A stretch of 64,000 bases of DNA from Haliotis rubra. Lineage: Eukaryota. Below the pieces are notes generated by a model. That model saw nothing but the letters and a program-made list of their open reading frames with translations. It did not search any database and was not told the DNA's origin. Positions 13,861 through 26,630 of this stretch are shown one piece after another (the stretch's first letter is position 1; every line of letters starts with the position of its first letter). Position numbers and translations under genes: made by a program. The stretch is taken from assembly GCF_003918875.1 (NCBI RefSeq), contig NW_025765436.1, positions 1,178,001-1,242,000 of the forward strand, in the 5' to 3' direction.

Positions 13861-14104
13861 GGTTCCTCCTTCTGAAGTCAGGCAATACAGAACTCCTCCT
13901 GTTCTTATCAGACATGACAGGATTACGTCTTCTGATACTGAATCAGAAAGGAACTCGTCAGCAGAGGCTGCGGCTGGATCTGTTCCTGATAGGACCTTAA
14001 CCTCAGAGGACACAGGGCTGTACACACAGGATAAGCCTAGTGTAGCGTTGCTCAGGGAAGAAAGCCAGAGTGTGCCCACCATCATCACTGAACATGTGGA
14101 TTGA
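13838..14104 (+). CDS. Probable continuation of the large exon after a +1 frameshift (LLTPGQYKVPP...TIITEHVD*)
   Basis: Overlapping ORF 13682-14104 becomes S/E/D/T-rich like the upstream ORF exactly where the first frame stops. Confidence 0.55.
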   Translation: MLTPGQYKVPPSEVRQYRTPPVLIRHDRITSSDTESERNSSAEAAAGSVPDRTLTSEDTGLYTQDKPSVALLREESQSVPTIITEHVD

Positions 14105-14812
14105 ACAATATTTGCACTGCTCAAAAAGACAGGGATTATGCTTCTGAACTTCAGTCTCAACTTTCTGATCTCATCTTTACTTATCTGATATCTTAATGTG
14201 ATATAACTTTTGTATGATCTTCAAGATGTGATCATATATAACCTTCAGGATTTGATCTTCATGTTACCTTTTTAATGACCATCGTGTTTTGAAACTTCAT
14301 GACATGATCTTCATCTGGCAATTCAAACCAGCAACAGGTGTTACTTCTATTGAAGGAGACAGATATGGGGAAGGATTGTCATTACCACCTGTTTAATTGT
14401 GAAATAGTTTTGAAAGATTCTACTGCTCATATTCTATATTGACTGGTATTAGTGACTTGTTGATGGATTCTGGTGAAGTATGTTTGGCCTCAATGTGTAT
14501 CCTGCTGTGATTTATTGATATTTCGGTTCAGACTTGTGAAAGGAAGCATTTCTTTTCATTTGGTGTTGCTATCAGTATTTAAGCCTGAACACATTCTTTT
14601 CTGTTTAGATTGGTGGAGGATATAGTACAAATGTACTTATGTTGGTATTTTGGAGAACATCACAGGGTGGTAATCCTAGTCATCATACAGTGTTCATCCA
14701 GAACCATTATCAGATGTGCTAATCTACTGTTAAATCACATGTGCCTTGATGTTATATCAGTGTAAATTTCTGATGTAGAATACAACATTATTTGCAAACC
14801 ATTGTTGGCCTG

Positions 14813-14960
14813 GACCACAGATGGGTTAGAAACATGACCACAGATAGGCATTAAACATTACCACAGGTAGGCATCAAACATTACCACAGGTAGGCATCAA
14901 ACATTACCACAGATAGGCAGGAAACATGATCACAGATAGGCAAGAAATATAACCACAGAT
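14813..14960. repeat. ~23-bp tandem repeat (ACCACAGATAGGCATCAAACATT), ~6 units
   Basis: Direct periodicity. Confidence 0.8.
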
Positions 14961-15295
14961 CATCATGTGTATAGACATGGAACTAAATGCAAGCAAATTG
15001 TGATAAAAGAATTATTTTGAGGTGTTAATAACATTGTATCAAACTAAGCCATTTTGGGTATTTTAATCAGTGAAATTCAAGTACTCTTTACAAAGCACTA
15101 GGTACGGAAAATATGTTTAACAGAACTATAGCTGTTTGTCATGTTTATAATGGTTGTTGTTTCACTTTATTTTATCTTTAATTTTAAGATATTGGTCTCA
15201 AACATTCCCTCATTATATTTTAATAATTTATTTCTTGTATATTACCATATATTTATTTGTTTGTTATTGTACATATACATATACACTTGAGTTAA

Positions 15296-15312
15296 ATTAA
15301 AGTTGAAATAAA
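15296..15312 (+). terminator. Candidate polyadenylation signals (ATTAAA + AATAAA) for the short isoform
   Basis: ATTAAA 15296-15301 and AATAAA 15307-15312 after ~1.2 kb of AU-rich UTR-like sequence. Confidence 0.4.
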
Positions 15313-16229
15313 CTAATTTTGCCATGAAGTAGTAAGTAATTTTTTTCCTCTTGGAAACTGTTCAGTAGTTTGTGATGGTTATTCTTCTTCAGTTTTGGGT
15401 GTAATAAATTCACTCTCACCGATTCCCACGCTAAAAATCAATTTGACAAATATTTACATATCCATCAAATTTATTTGGAACTGTGAGTATAACATTTGCC
15501 GAAAAAAATATTTTCCCCAAAATCTTTTTAGAAAGGTGATACTGAAGAGGCCTTACTCTGAAACCACTTGTTGTGATGACATATTGGTCTCTGAAGGTCA
15601 GCTCGAGATTACTAATTATAGGTGGATAAACCAGGTACATGTACACAGTTGGGTGTATTGATATTCATGTCCTCAAAGTAACCTAACCACAAGATCTATT
15701 CGGACTATACTCTATCAGAACCAATACCTTGAATCAAGCCAGATTCCTGCAAATACAAAGCTGCCAGGAGAAACAGGAGCAGTTCAAGATACAGGATACA
15801 GCAAGGCTTTGTTTAGACAGGGACACAAATTATCTGAATGAAGATCATGAGCGTGTGTTATTGTATGGGAGTTAGAATTGCTAAGATGGTTTTAAAAAAG
15901 CAACGACCTGTTACAAGAATTATCTTAGTACTACAACTATTGTAAGCTTATGGTAAGTATTGGAGTTAACGATGATCCCAGCATTAAGATCATTGTGTGT
16001 AAAGGGTCCTAGACTAACTGTTATATTTAAAGTTTACACACTCTATCCTAAGTCAGTTAAAATGTACATGGAAACTAAAATCACAAATGTGACTGTTCAC
16101 TTTTCAAATAGTAACTGCTTAGGGGCCACTTGCACAAATCAATGGTAACTCTGACACTTTAACATGTAATGACTTATGATGGTTGTAGCGCTAAGATTGC
16201 TTAGTGCAAATGGGACCTGATGTATTGTA

Positions 16230-16723
16230 TACGCTTGAAAAAAGTAGGGGAACTTTATTATTAATTTACGATTGAAAAAATTGGGAGATATAGTGGAGTC
16301 AATCAATGTTGATATAATAATTATGAATGTTTTGAGAGTGCATCACCACTTGCACTTCTTTATGACTATAGTTGTTTGTGCAGTAATGGGTGTATGATGT
16401 GAAATTTGCATGTGTACAATTTTCATTTTCAAACAAAAAAAGCAGCTAAAAACAAACACTAACAACTGTGTGATGCAAGATGATTGTCAAAATTAATGGT
16501 CTATAGTGATTTATCAACCTTCTTGAAAACCGTCAAAATCAAGAATGACACCCCATGCATGTTAATGCGTCGTGCATGTGCATCCCATGCGTTATGTTTA
16601 GGTGTTGTGATAAAGAGAAATGGTGGTGTGTTCATAACATGTCTCTCTTTTAAAAGTTTGTTTACAATTCTATACTTCCTATCCAACTTGAAAGTTCAGT
16701 TCCCCTACTTTTTTTGAAGAGTA
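16230..16723. mobile_element. Tc1/mariner-like MITE
   Basis: TIRs TACGCTTGAAAAAAGTAGGGGAACT / AGTTCCCCTACTTTTTTTGAAGAGTA with TA termini. Confidence 0.7.
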
Positions 16724-17983
16724 TGTTGAAGTCTCATCTATAAGACACATCTTACAGAGATTCATATACATGCTGCTGAGCATACAGCGTACAGACAGAC
16801 AGTTTATCTGTATGTCCTCATACAGCATGCAGACAGTCTATTTCTATGCTGAGCATACAGTATCAACTGACTATGGAGACAGAATCATCATGCACACTTT
16901 CCCACTAATCCGAACAACTTTATGACAAATGTCGTAAAATTGATATTGAGTTCTGCAAAATTGTACATGTTTGGACCTGTCCAAAATGATTGGTCAGCAA
17001 GCATCCACAAACAAAGGCACACTCAGAAACTCGCTGCAGGTTATACAGAAGAAAACAAATTTGGTAACAAGCAAATACCTTGTATTAACTTTTAATGTGC
17101 AGTAGGTGCTTTAATGCATGAAATACAGTAACACAATACATTGACCTCATGACACCAGGTAAGAGACCTGTTTGTGACTGGTACCTGGAACTGCATTCCT
17201 CGGAAGTGATTTTACCGCTATGACTTCTTGTGTCAGAGTTAAGGTTGTGATCTTAGCGCTAAGATCCAGCTTTCTCTTCATCTGCCTACTCATTGAGACC
17301 AACTGGCTTGGACTATTTCAAAGGTATATCAGTTGCTATGGAACCAAAATTTAAATAGACTAAATACAACTTGGCACCATTTGTATTGTAAGGGGTGACT
17401 GCTAACAAGGTAAGATGTGGAGGGAAGGATGTTGGTCACTTGCATCCACAGTCTTGACAAACATACAGTTCTGGTAATCATGTTTACACAGCAACATTCT
17501 TGATTGTGCATCCAGATTAAGAATCCTGTCAGAGATGAAGAAATGACCCAAAATATGAACTATTGGTGAACTGTGAAACCTTGTTAATTGATATACTACT
17601 CAAAAGACATTAAGAACACTCATTATTCTATGTGACTATAGTGAAATTACTTTAAAACTGATAAACACATATTGTTCTGACTATAGTTTATCTTTCATGA
17701 CAAGACAGCTTATACTTTTGTTAAATGTAAAATCAGGTTTTCTTTAACTATTTTAGAAGTATTTCTCCATAGATTGAGTCTATGTGGTGATATTCAACCA
17801 TAGCATGCAGGATTCACCTGCCATTCTGAGGTAATGTTGGTTATATTCATTTACAGTTCAGGTTAACAAGGCTTCACAGTTGACTAATCCTGATACCTAT
17901 AGATCTTGTTGGGTAGGGACTGTACAATAATTTGTCGTTATATGTTTCCTTTTTGTGTTCATCATGTGATCTTGCCACTGTAG

Positions 17984-18207
17984 TGCTCTACCACAAGGAC
18001 TGGGACAGTCAGGGGAAGCAACAGGAAGCAGTTGATGAGCCAATAGCTGAGGAACAGGAGGAGGAGGAGGACAAACGTCAGATCAGAGGACTTGCCGCCG
18101 ACTTTGCCGACGATGAGAAAGGGGACGAAAAGAATGCATTTGTTTCAGCTGAAAAATCTGCAAATCCTGATGCAGTGGAGGATTTTGAAGATGACACTTT
18201 ACGAAAG
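17984..18207 (+). CDS. LRR gene exon (VLYHKDWDSQ...EDDTLRK)
   Basis: ctgtag acceptor phase 1; AAG|gtctgt donor phase 0 matching the next exon; acidic ORF. Confidence 0.75.
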
Positions 18208-18667
18208 GTCTGTAAGGGTCAATTCAAAAGAGCCAAAAGGTTACACGTCACGTGTATCATTAGTCTTCCTGAAGATGTAAACGTTACATGTGTTGAAACA
18301 ACTAAAACAGTGTTTTAAAAGTGAGTTAGTATAGTTTTATGCTTTTCTTTTGCAATATTTCAGCAATATAATAGCTGAGGACAGCACAAATAGGCTTCAC
18401 AGTTTGTAGTTGGTTTGTTTGTTGTTTAATGCCACATGTTCCTGAAGACAAATTCTAACCCGGATCTTCACGGGTCTTCACAGCATGTAGGGAATCCAAA
18501 GCGTCATTCACCTATCTTGCTCATCAAAACATGTTCACTCACTCAGTAACAAATCCAAAGTCTCGGTCCTTGTCAATTTGATGGGAATGTATCATATTCC
18601 TGAGGTGACGAAACTTACTACAAATATACCAGTTCATCATTTCTAGAAAGCAATATCAGTGTTATGG

Positions 18668-18900
18668 GACCCATGAAGAATTGGGTTAGAACTGATCTTC
18701 AACATCTCATGCTTTTCATGGGAGGTGACTGACAGGATCAGGTGGTCAGGCCTGATGATTTGGGTGATGTATGTCCTAATATCCCAACTGCTGGATGCTC
18801 ATGATGTCAATCACTGGATTGTCTGGTCCAGACTTGATTATCTACTTACTCCTATATAGCTGGAATATTGTGTGTGTCATTAAACAAACAAAGAAACGAA
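18668..18900 (+). mobile_element. Family B SINE, diverged
   Basis: gacccatgaag head, ggattgtctggtccagact body, (AAAC)n tail. Confidence 0.75.
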
Positions 18901-19029
18901 CACAGTGTGTTATGATTTTGAAAACAATAACTGACCAGAGTTGACTTTCTTCCATGTTGTGCCCATGTTCCAGTAAGGGAAGTGAGGTAGCACAGCAGAC
19001 GTAGGTTTGATTCCACATTTGTTGCTTAG

Positions 19030-19105
19030 GTGGAGGGATACTCATCAGAAGAGGAAGATTTAGATGGCAAGAAAGACAAAACCATTGTGGTTGAAAAGAA
19101 ATTAG
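19030..19105 (+). CDS. LRR gene exon (VEGYSSEEEDLDGKKDKTIVVEKKL)
   Basis: gcttag acceptor phase 0, 76 nt, TAG|gtgggt donor phase 1. Confidence 0.7.
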
Positions 19106-19124
19106 GTGGGTCCATCTTGATATT

Positions 19125-20205
19125 CAATCCTGTAGATTCTTCTCAACTCATAGCAATCCTGTAGGATCTTCCCAGCCTATAAGAATCCTGTAGGACCTTC
19201 CCAGCTCATAAAAATCCTGTAGATTCTTCTCAACTCATAGCAATCCTGTAGGATCTTCCAAGCCCATAAAAATCCTGTAGGACCTTCCCAGCCCATAAAA
19301 ATCCTGTAGCACCTTCCCAGCTCATAACAATCCTGTAGGATCTTCCCAGCCCATAAAAATCCTGTAGGATCTTCCCAGCTCATAAAAATCCTGTAGCACC
19401 TTCCCAGCTCATAACAATCCTGTAGGATCTTCCCAGCCCATAAAAATCCTGTAGGATCTTCCCAGCTCATAACAATCCTGTAGGATCTTCCCAGCTCATA
19501 ACAATCCTGTAGGATCTTCCCAGCCCATAACAATCCTGTAGGATCTTCCCAGCTCATAACAATCCTGTAGGATCTTCCCAGCTCATAATAATCCTGTATG
19601 ATCTTCCCAGCTCATAATAATCCTGTAGGATCTTCCCAGCCCATAACAATCCTGTAGGATCTTCCCAGCTCCATAACAATCCTGTAGGATCTTCCCAGCT
19701 CATAACAATCCTGTAGGATCTTCCCAGCCCATAACAATCCTGTAGGATCTTCCCAGCCCATAACAATCCTGTAGGATCTTCCCAGCCCATAATAATCCTG
19801 TAGGATCTTCCCAGCCCATAACAATCCTGTAGGATCTTCCCAGCTCATAACAATCCTGTAGGATCTTCCCAGCCCATAACAATCCTGTAGGATCTTCCCA
19901 GCCCATAACAATCCTGTAGGATCTTCCCAGCCCATAACAGTCCTGTAGGATCTTCCCAGCCCATAACAATCCTGTAGGATCTTCCCAGCCCATAACAATC
20001 CTGTAGGATCTTCCCAGCCTATAACAGTCCTGTAGGATCTTCCCAGCCTATAACAATCCTGTAGGATCTTCTTCCCAGCCTATAACAATCATGTAGGATC
20101 TTCCCAGCTCATAACAATCCTGTAGGATCTTCCCAGCCTATAACAGTCTTGTAGGATCTTCCCAGCCTATAACAATCCTGTAGGATCTTCCCAGCCTATA
20201 ACAAT
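19125..20205. repeat. 29-bp minisatellite (ATAACAATCCTGTAGGATCTTCCCAGCCC), ~37 units
   Basis: Direct periodicity; explains the repetitive - strand ORFs. Confidence 0.95.
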
Positions 20206-20499
20206 GCTGCATGATTCTTGTCCATGATATTTATGGTAGTCAGCTTTATGCTTTATCTCATTTGTGATCTTTTCTCCACTTGAAACAGGTTTTTCTCTTC
20301 TTAACACTTTTTCATGATGGTACTGATCCCTTCCATTGTATGTATATGTGTTGCATGTGCCCTTGTCAACATCATGCACACTGTATCAGTTGGAGGACGA
20401 AGGGGAGGGGGGAGTAAATAATGTAAATAATGGTCTGTAATTGCAGTTTCTGTCTCTCTTTTAAGAAAACTTTCAGATATTATATTTTCAAGTAACTGA

Positions 20500-21260
20500 T
20501 TATGTGCATTTTGGAAATTCCCTATCTTGCATTATTTGTAACTTGCATGGCCTATTCCTAGCAAGACCTGTTTGTTTTGCATGACCTATATCTTTCATCA
20601 TCTGTTTATTGCATGGCCTATATCTTGCTTGAACTGTATTTAGCATGACCTGTTTGTTTGGCATGATCTGCATCTTGCATTTATCTGCATCTTGCAATGC
20701 CTGTATTCTGTATTATCCATGATCTTGCATTTCCTGTATTCTGTATTATCCATAATCTTGCATTGCCTGTGTGTTTAATTATATCTTGCATAACCTGCAT
20801 CTTGCATTAGCTGTATTTTGCTTTGCAGGACTCTTTCATTACCTGTATTCTGTATTACCCATATCTTGCATTTACCTGTTTGTTGCATTACCTGTGTCTT
20901 GCCTGATCAGTATCTTGCTTACCTGATTTTTGCATTACCTGTACCTGGCATTTGCTGTATCCTGAATCTTACAGTTACATTAACTGTATCTTGCCTGACT
21001 TGTATCTTGCTTTAACTGTATCTTGCCTGACTTGTATCCTGCATTACCTATATGTTGCATTACCTGTATCCTGTGTTACCCTATCTTGCATTACCTCTAG
21101 ATCTGTCTTGCATTAGCTTGATCTTGACTTACCTGTAATTTGCATTAAGTGTATCTCTTATAACCTGTATCTTGCAATATCTGTGTATGCATCTTTAGTT
21201 TGTTGCAGTATCTGTATCTTGCATTAGTTGTTCATTGCATTACCTGTATGCCATATCCTT
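20500..21260. repeat. Degenerate ~16-bp repeat (ACCTGTATCTTGCATT)
   Basis: Recurring motif. Confidence 0.75.
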
Positions 21261-21339
21261 GCATGATGAAGATGTTACTACTTTGTTTGAAACTTTGTAG
21301 AAACTGATAGCTAGGCTCATTTTGTAATTTCTTTATTAG

Positions 21340-22593
21340 CTGCCCCAAGGGAAGCCTCAAAGAATGGTGAATCAAACAATGATAATGAAAGGTCTAGTAA
21401 AGCCAGGACATTATTCTTTACAGTGTCTCAGAAAGAGGACACTGTTAAACCTGAGACAGTCCAGGTGAAAGACACTGCTGCTAGCAACAGATCATCTCCT
21501 CCTGTGACACAGCTAAAACCTCCAGGACGGGAAGAGGACAGAGATGGCGATTACTCCTCTTCTGAATCCTCTTTCTCCTCCTCCTCCTCATCATCATCGC
21601 CATCCGAGAACAGTACCCCCAGAGATGTGGCTGAGAGAAAAGTAGTTAGTCCAACCAAAACTTTGGGGGTTGTTTCCGAGGCAGATCGAACGCCATCTCG
21701 TATAGCAGAGGCTACTGTGCTGAGTGACAGATCAGACTCTTACAAGAGTTCTACTTCATCATCCTCAGCATCTGATGCAGAGAGTAGGCCAACTAGTCTG
21801 CCAGATCGACCCAAATCTCCTGTAGCAGAGACTTTGGTTCAACAGGAGGAAGAGGAGGAGAGGAAGGAAGAGAAGATTAAAGAAGAAAAGAATAAACTAT
21901 CACCAAGCAAGGAGGAAGAAGAACCCAGAAATGAGATACCGGCAGAGAAATCCTTGGTCTCGAAACAGACAACTCTCCCTCCCTTGATGGACTCTGCTAG
22001 GTCAGAACCAGAATCAACTGCTACTCGGGCTGGAGAATCTGAAAGTGTCAGAGAGTCAAGCAGTTCATCAGAAGATTCCAGTTCTTATTCATCATCTGAT
22101 TCAGAATCTGATGACTTAGAATCAGGCCCTGGCAAAGACAGGGCTCCAGCCCAGAAAACTGAGTCCAAAGGTGATTCCAAAAATGTAGAGGAGTCAGTAA
22201 GTTCCAGTTCTAGATCTGCCTCAGGATCTGAAAGTGAGAGATCAGCCCGGCCAATCACACCATTCCCAACAAGGAAAGAGAAAGTCAGTAGTAAAGCCTT
22301 AAGTGATGAGGAATCTGATAAATCTAGTCAAGACAAATACATGGGTAAACCAGCAATGAGCCCAGCCCCTGTAGATGCTGCTGAAGGCCCAGCTGACTCT
22401 ACCAATGACATGCAGCAGAATGCTGACAATGCCGTAGTGAGTGAGAAACGGGCAGTCTTGTCCAGCGCTATCGTGGCAGCAGCGGCAATAATGGCTCCTG
22501 CTGTCCCCCCAGATATGGACTCGGAAAGTCTCATGACTGCTGCTGGCAGAAGTGAAAAGAAGGACTCTCCTGATGGTGATGGGAAGAAACGTG
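21340..22593 (+). CDS. LRR gene large Ser/Glu-rich exon (alternative in-frame acceptor at 21424)
   Basis: ctttattag acceptor and tctttacag acceptor are both phase 1 and in frame with the 396-aa ORF; G|gtaagg donor. Confidence 0.85.
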
Positions 22594-23057
22594 GTAAGGC
22601 TTTGACGACTTAGATGTGAAGCAGGGGCTACAGTTTTATAATGGTAGATGATATTTATTTTGGCTTTATTTACGTATCTTTTGAAAAAGATTCTTCTCTG
22701 ATATTTTTTGTGTTGCTCTTGTTATGTGTGCATGCATGTTAATTGCTCATTGCTAAATGTCATTGTCTGTTCTCTGTGGAGTTACAATTGTTTTACTTGT
22801 AATGTAACGAGATGATTATTCGAAGATAACTTCATGTTAAAAAACTAATTAACAGTTGCCTAATACAATGGATGGAGAATATTCTTGTTCAAGAAAGCAA
22901 CACTTAGTGTTATGCAATATTAAGAATGCTGAATGTCAAGTACAGTACTTAAGTCATGGTTACATTAGAGTCACATTAAGGTGTGGTATGTTATAAGGCA
23001 ACCAAGGAGAACCAAATTTGATAGACTATATAGTGCTGGGAAAAGGGACATTTTAAT

Positions 23058-23610
23058 GCTGTGGTGGTGTGTGGTCTTGTGCATAGAGCCCAGGTCACAC
23101 TGACTGACTGACTGAGTTTGGTTTTACGCCGCTTTTAGCAATATTCCAGCAACATCACGGCGGGGACACCAGAAATGGGCTTCACACATTGTACCCATGT
23201 GGGGATTCGAACCCGGGTCTTCGGCGTGACGAGCCAACGCTTTAACCCTTAGGCTACCCCATCGTCCCTCCCAGGTCACAAATCAGGTGAAGTTAAGCGT
23301 CGTCGGTTGTTAAGCGACAGTCCTTGGATGGGTGACCGTGTTCTGTAGCTTGACTCCTAAGAGTTTCTTGGACTTCTGTCGTGCCCCTCAATGAAGCACA
23401 TGTGACACATGTGGTCTCACCTTAGGCAAGAGAATTTGTTAAAAAGTCCCTCTGTTCACCCAGCAGTGAATTGGTACCAGGTGTGATAGGTATGTTAACC
23501 TTTTAGACCCTCACAGCAGCTTGGGTTATCCAGGGTAATAATGTCTTAGCACTTGGACCATGCACAAGTGCATGGATACAAGAGTTTTATGAATTCCCAT
23601 TATTATTATT
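23058..23610 (+). mobile_element. 5S rRNA-derived SINE-like element interrupted by a family A SINE
   Basis: GAAGTTAAGCG..CGTCGG..AGTCCTTGGATGGGTGACCG matches the 5S internal promoter region; CORE-like ttcacccagcagtgaattggtacc; (ATT)n tail. Confidence 0.6.
23100..23269 (-). mobile_element. tRNA-derived SINE (family A), 11-bp TSD CCCAGGTCACA
   Basis: A box GGTAGCCTAAGG, B box GGTTCGAATCC, (AGTC)n tail, TSD. Confidence 0.9.
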
Positions 23611-23902
23611 CAGTAGACCATTGTTCAGTAATGGTAATAAACCTGGGTTCATTAGTTGAAATCATAGAGACAGTGTTCACTGATGTAAGGGAGTAAGTGA
23701 GCAGTTGAAGAATTCTGTTGGTCAGTGATCTTGGTTGGAAGATGGTCACAGTCCTGATTATGTTTTGAAACTGATTCAACCTCACAGCTGCAGGTAGAGT
23801 ACTCCTTTATTCAGCGATGCTGTAAGTAGCATGAGATGTGAGGTGTCACCAGTTGTCCTGATGATGTGATGTAAGTCTTGTAACACAGTATACACATTAC
23901 AG

Positions 23903-24274
23903 CAGACTCCGGGTCGTCCAGTGTGGACTCCAGCAGTGACAGCAGCGCCTCCTCCAGCTCATCCTCAGAGATGGAGTCAGAGAGTGAGGGGGAACTGATT
24001 GTGCAGGAAGAAACTCCCCGGGGACATAAGGACACCTCCCCCCAGACAGGCGACTCTAGGGAGGACGCTGCTTCCAAGACAGTAAACGATGTTACTCCAG
24101 CTGTGGTGTCAACTCGTTCAAGTGGTGGTGATGGAGCTAAAACTGAAGTATCTGACTCAGAGGAACCACAGCAGACAAAGCTTCCTGCTCCACATGCAAC
24201 ACCGCAACCAGAGCAGACGACATTTCCATCACCACCGAGGTCTCCTTCAAAATCTCATCCAGCTGGACAGACAG
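23903..24274 (+). CDS. LRR gene Ser/Pro-rich exon (NAGNAG acceptor)
   Basis: ttacagcag acceptor, phase 1-1, CAG|gtataa donor, in frame with ORF 23923-24285. Confidence 0.8.
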
Positions 24275-24781
24275 GTATAATATAGATATGTAGCCAACAT
24301 GTGACTCTGTAACACTGTGACCCTGTATAGAATATAACCTGATTTATCACAATAGACACTTTTCCCATCTCACCCAATAACAAAGCAGACATTTATTTCT
24401 TAGTTTACAGATATTTCTTTCAAATTGTGTTTGGTAGGTGCGAAATAACACTGAAAATTATAGAGACAATTCTGGTTTCACTTTTGTTCTTGAAGACATT
24501 ACTAGAATACATTGCCATGTGTGCAGTATTAATGTAGTGATCACACCAGCTTATTGTTCAGCATGATTTTGCTGATGAAGGTATACTTGACATTCTTGGG
24601 GCTTTGTAGATAGTTTCCCTTTTAGAAATGGCAGATCTGTAGACCAATTTCAGAAAGAGTCTGACGTAATGCTGTCTCTCTGACAATAGCTTAGTCTTTC
24701 AGTAGGATATTATTTATAACAGGTGTGCTCCCTCGTAGTAGTAATGATTAGACCTAGTGGAACAGGACAAAAAGTTGACTC

Positions 24782-25336
24782 TGGCCCTCTGTGGCCCCTC
24801 TGCGGCCCTCTGTGGCCCCTCTAGAGCCTTCTGTGGCCTTCTGTGGCCCCTCTGCAGCCTTCTGTGGCCCCTCTGCAGCCTTCTGTGGCCCTCTGTGGCC
24901 CCTCTGCGGCCCCTCTGCAGCCTTCTGTAGTCTCTCTGTGGCCCTCCATGGCCCTTCTGCAGCCTTCTGTGGCCCTCTGTGGCCCTCTGTTGACCCTCTG
25001 TGGCCCCTCTGCAGCCTTCTGTGGCCCTCTGTGGCCCCTCTGTGGCCCCTCTGTAGCCCTCTGTTGCCCCTCTGTGGCCCTCTGCTTTCTTCTGTGGCCC
25101 CTCTGTTGCCCCTCTGTGGCTCTCTGTTGACCCTCTGTGGCCCTCTGTGGCCCCTCTGCAGCCTTCTGTGGCCCCTCTGATGCCCCTCTGTGGACCCTCT
25201 GCAGCTTTCTGTGGCCCCTCTGTGGCTCCTCTGCAGCCTTCTGTGGCCCCACTGTGGCCCCTCTGTGGCCCTCTGCTTTCTTCTGTGGCCCCTCTGCGGT
25301 CCTCTGTGGCCCTCTGTGGCACCTCTGTGGCCCCTC
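24782..25336. repeat. GC-rich 11-12-bp tandem repeat (CTCTGTGGCCC)
   Basis: Direct periodicity; ORFs in several frames are repeat-derived. Confidence 0.95.
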
Positions 25337-25757
25337 TTCCCCATTAAATACTGAGAATAATACCAGCTGTACTGACTGACAGGAAGGTTGAGACAGGACC
25401 CAATCCCCAGTACCCATGTTATTGCTAAGATGTTTGTGAAGCTCTGATTATGTTATTCATGCAGACACTGCACATCTGAAACAGATAATTGTACACACAT
25501 ACATCAGCAATCTGTCACACATCCAATTACATACTGAAACATTTGCTTGAATCAACAGCTAATCATAACACTCTGTAATGATTATTTTAGGGTAGCTAAA
25601 CATAACTGTATATATTTCATTTTAAATAATTGCATTAATGTCATCTGAAATTATAAATACATTTCCTACAAAATTAAAATACTGCCAAACATTTATTAGC
25701 CATGGCACCATAAAACAATAGGAACAAAGTTTGTGATACTGGACTGTCGTTGCTCAG

Positions 25758-25946
25758 AGCCAGTTCCCCCTCCGGTCCCAACTGTTGTAGTCATCCCAAC
25801 CACACCTGATATAAGAGAGGGCCAGGGAAGTGGGGAGTGGCAGGATCGGGCGGCAACACCCGTACAGGGCCCCAGACAGACTGGTGGATTGCCAGAACAG
25901 TTTGAGTATCAGCCAAAACATTCAGCAGAATCTGATGACAAGACAG
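25758..25946 (+). CDS. LRR gene exon (EPVPPPVPTVVVIPTTPD...SDDKT)
   Basis: gctcag acceptor, 189 nt, phase 1-1, CAG|gttggt donor. Confidence 0.75.
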
Positions 25947-26630
25947 GTTGGTTGGAGTTTTGAATTGGGGCTCTGACTGGGAGAACAAATAGACACGAGT
26001 ATCCATGTAATTGGACCTGTGCTTCAAAACCCTCACCTGGACTTGTATACCCAATTTCTGTTGTGATATGCCACACAACTGTCATTGTGTCTAGATATAA
26101 TCTAAGTAAAAATGCATCCAGACACTGTAAAGTGTGTGAAGTTTCATTTCTAAATATCCACAGCATTTGTTAAGAAGTGAGTTGTCTCCCCTGATTGGGT
26201 ACACAAGTCCTTGACTTTCATATCAGGTCAATTCAACCGCATTTGAGCTCTCAGGTATTCCTCAGAGCCCTATTTATTAATTATACTGGAGAGAGCTTAT
26301 TATGTACTTTTATGTATCAATTTTGTATTACTTGGTTTCATGATATGGAATGAAATGTGGATTATAATCAGAATTTCAAATGTATTTGTTTTATTGCACT
26401 GATTCTGTTGAGTTTCAACATGAAAATACAAATGGAAAGGGAAGTAACTCTTTGACTTGTCATTCCAAGAATCTCTGACCTTGGTTTTAAATGATCTATT
26501 GAATAATATGCTTTGCAATGTATTACAATTTCTAATCTATAAATCAAGTAATACAAATGTGTCAGTTTGTAGCTAGAGGTTAAGTATTGTAATGTATTAA
26601 CACTTTCTAATAAGATCCATTTTTCATCAG

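Noticed and set aside
15694-15870. Possible extra exon (DLFGLYSIRTNTLNQ…)
   Set aside because: Weak AAG acceptor, no good donor, composition unlike neighbouring exons.
19177-19998. Repetitive - strand ORFs (MGWEDPTGLLWAGKILQDCY…)
   Set aside because: Translations of a 29-bp minisatellite that lacks stops on that strand; same peptide in all frames, no splice context.
23281-23340. 5S rRNA gene
   Set aside because: Only a diverged internal ~60-nt segment embedded in a retroposon-like context.
24714-25417. Several ~200-aa ORFs (GATEGHR/PQR repeats)
   Set aside because: Products of an 11-12-bp GC-rich tandem repeat open on both strands.
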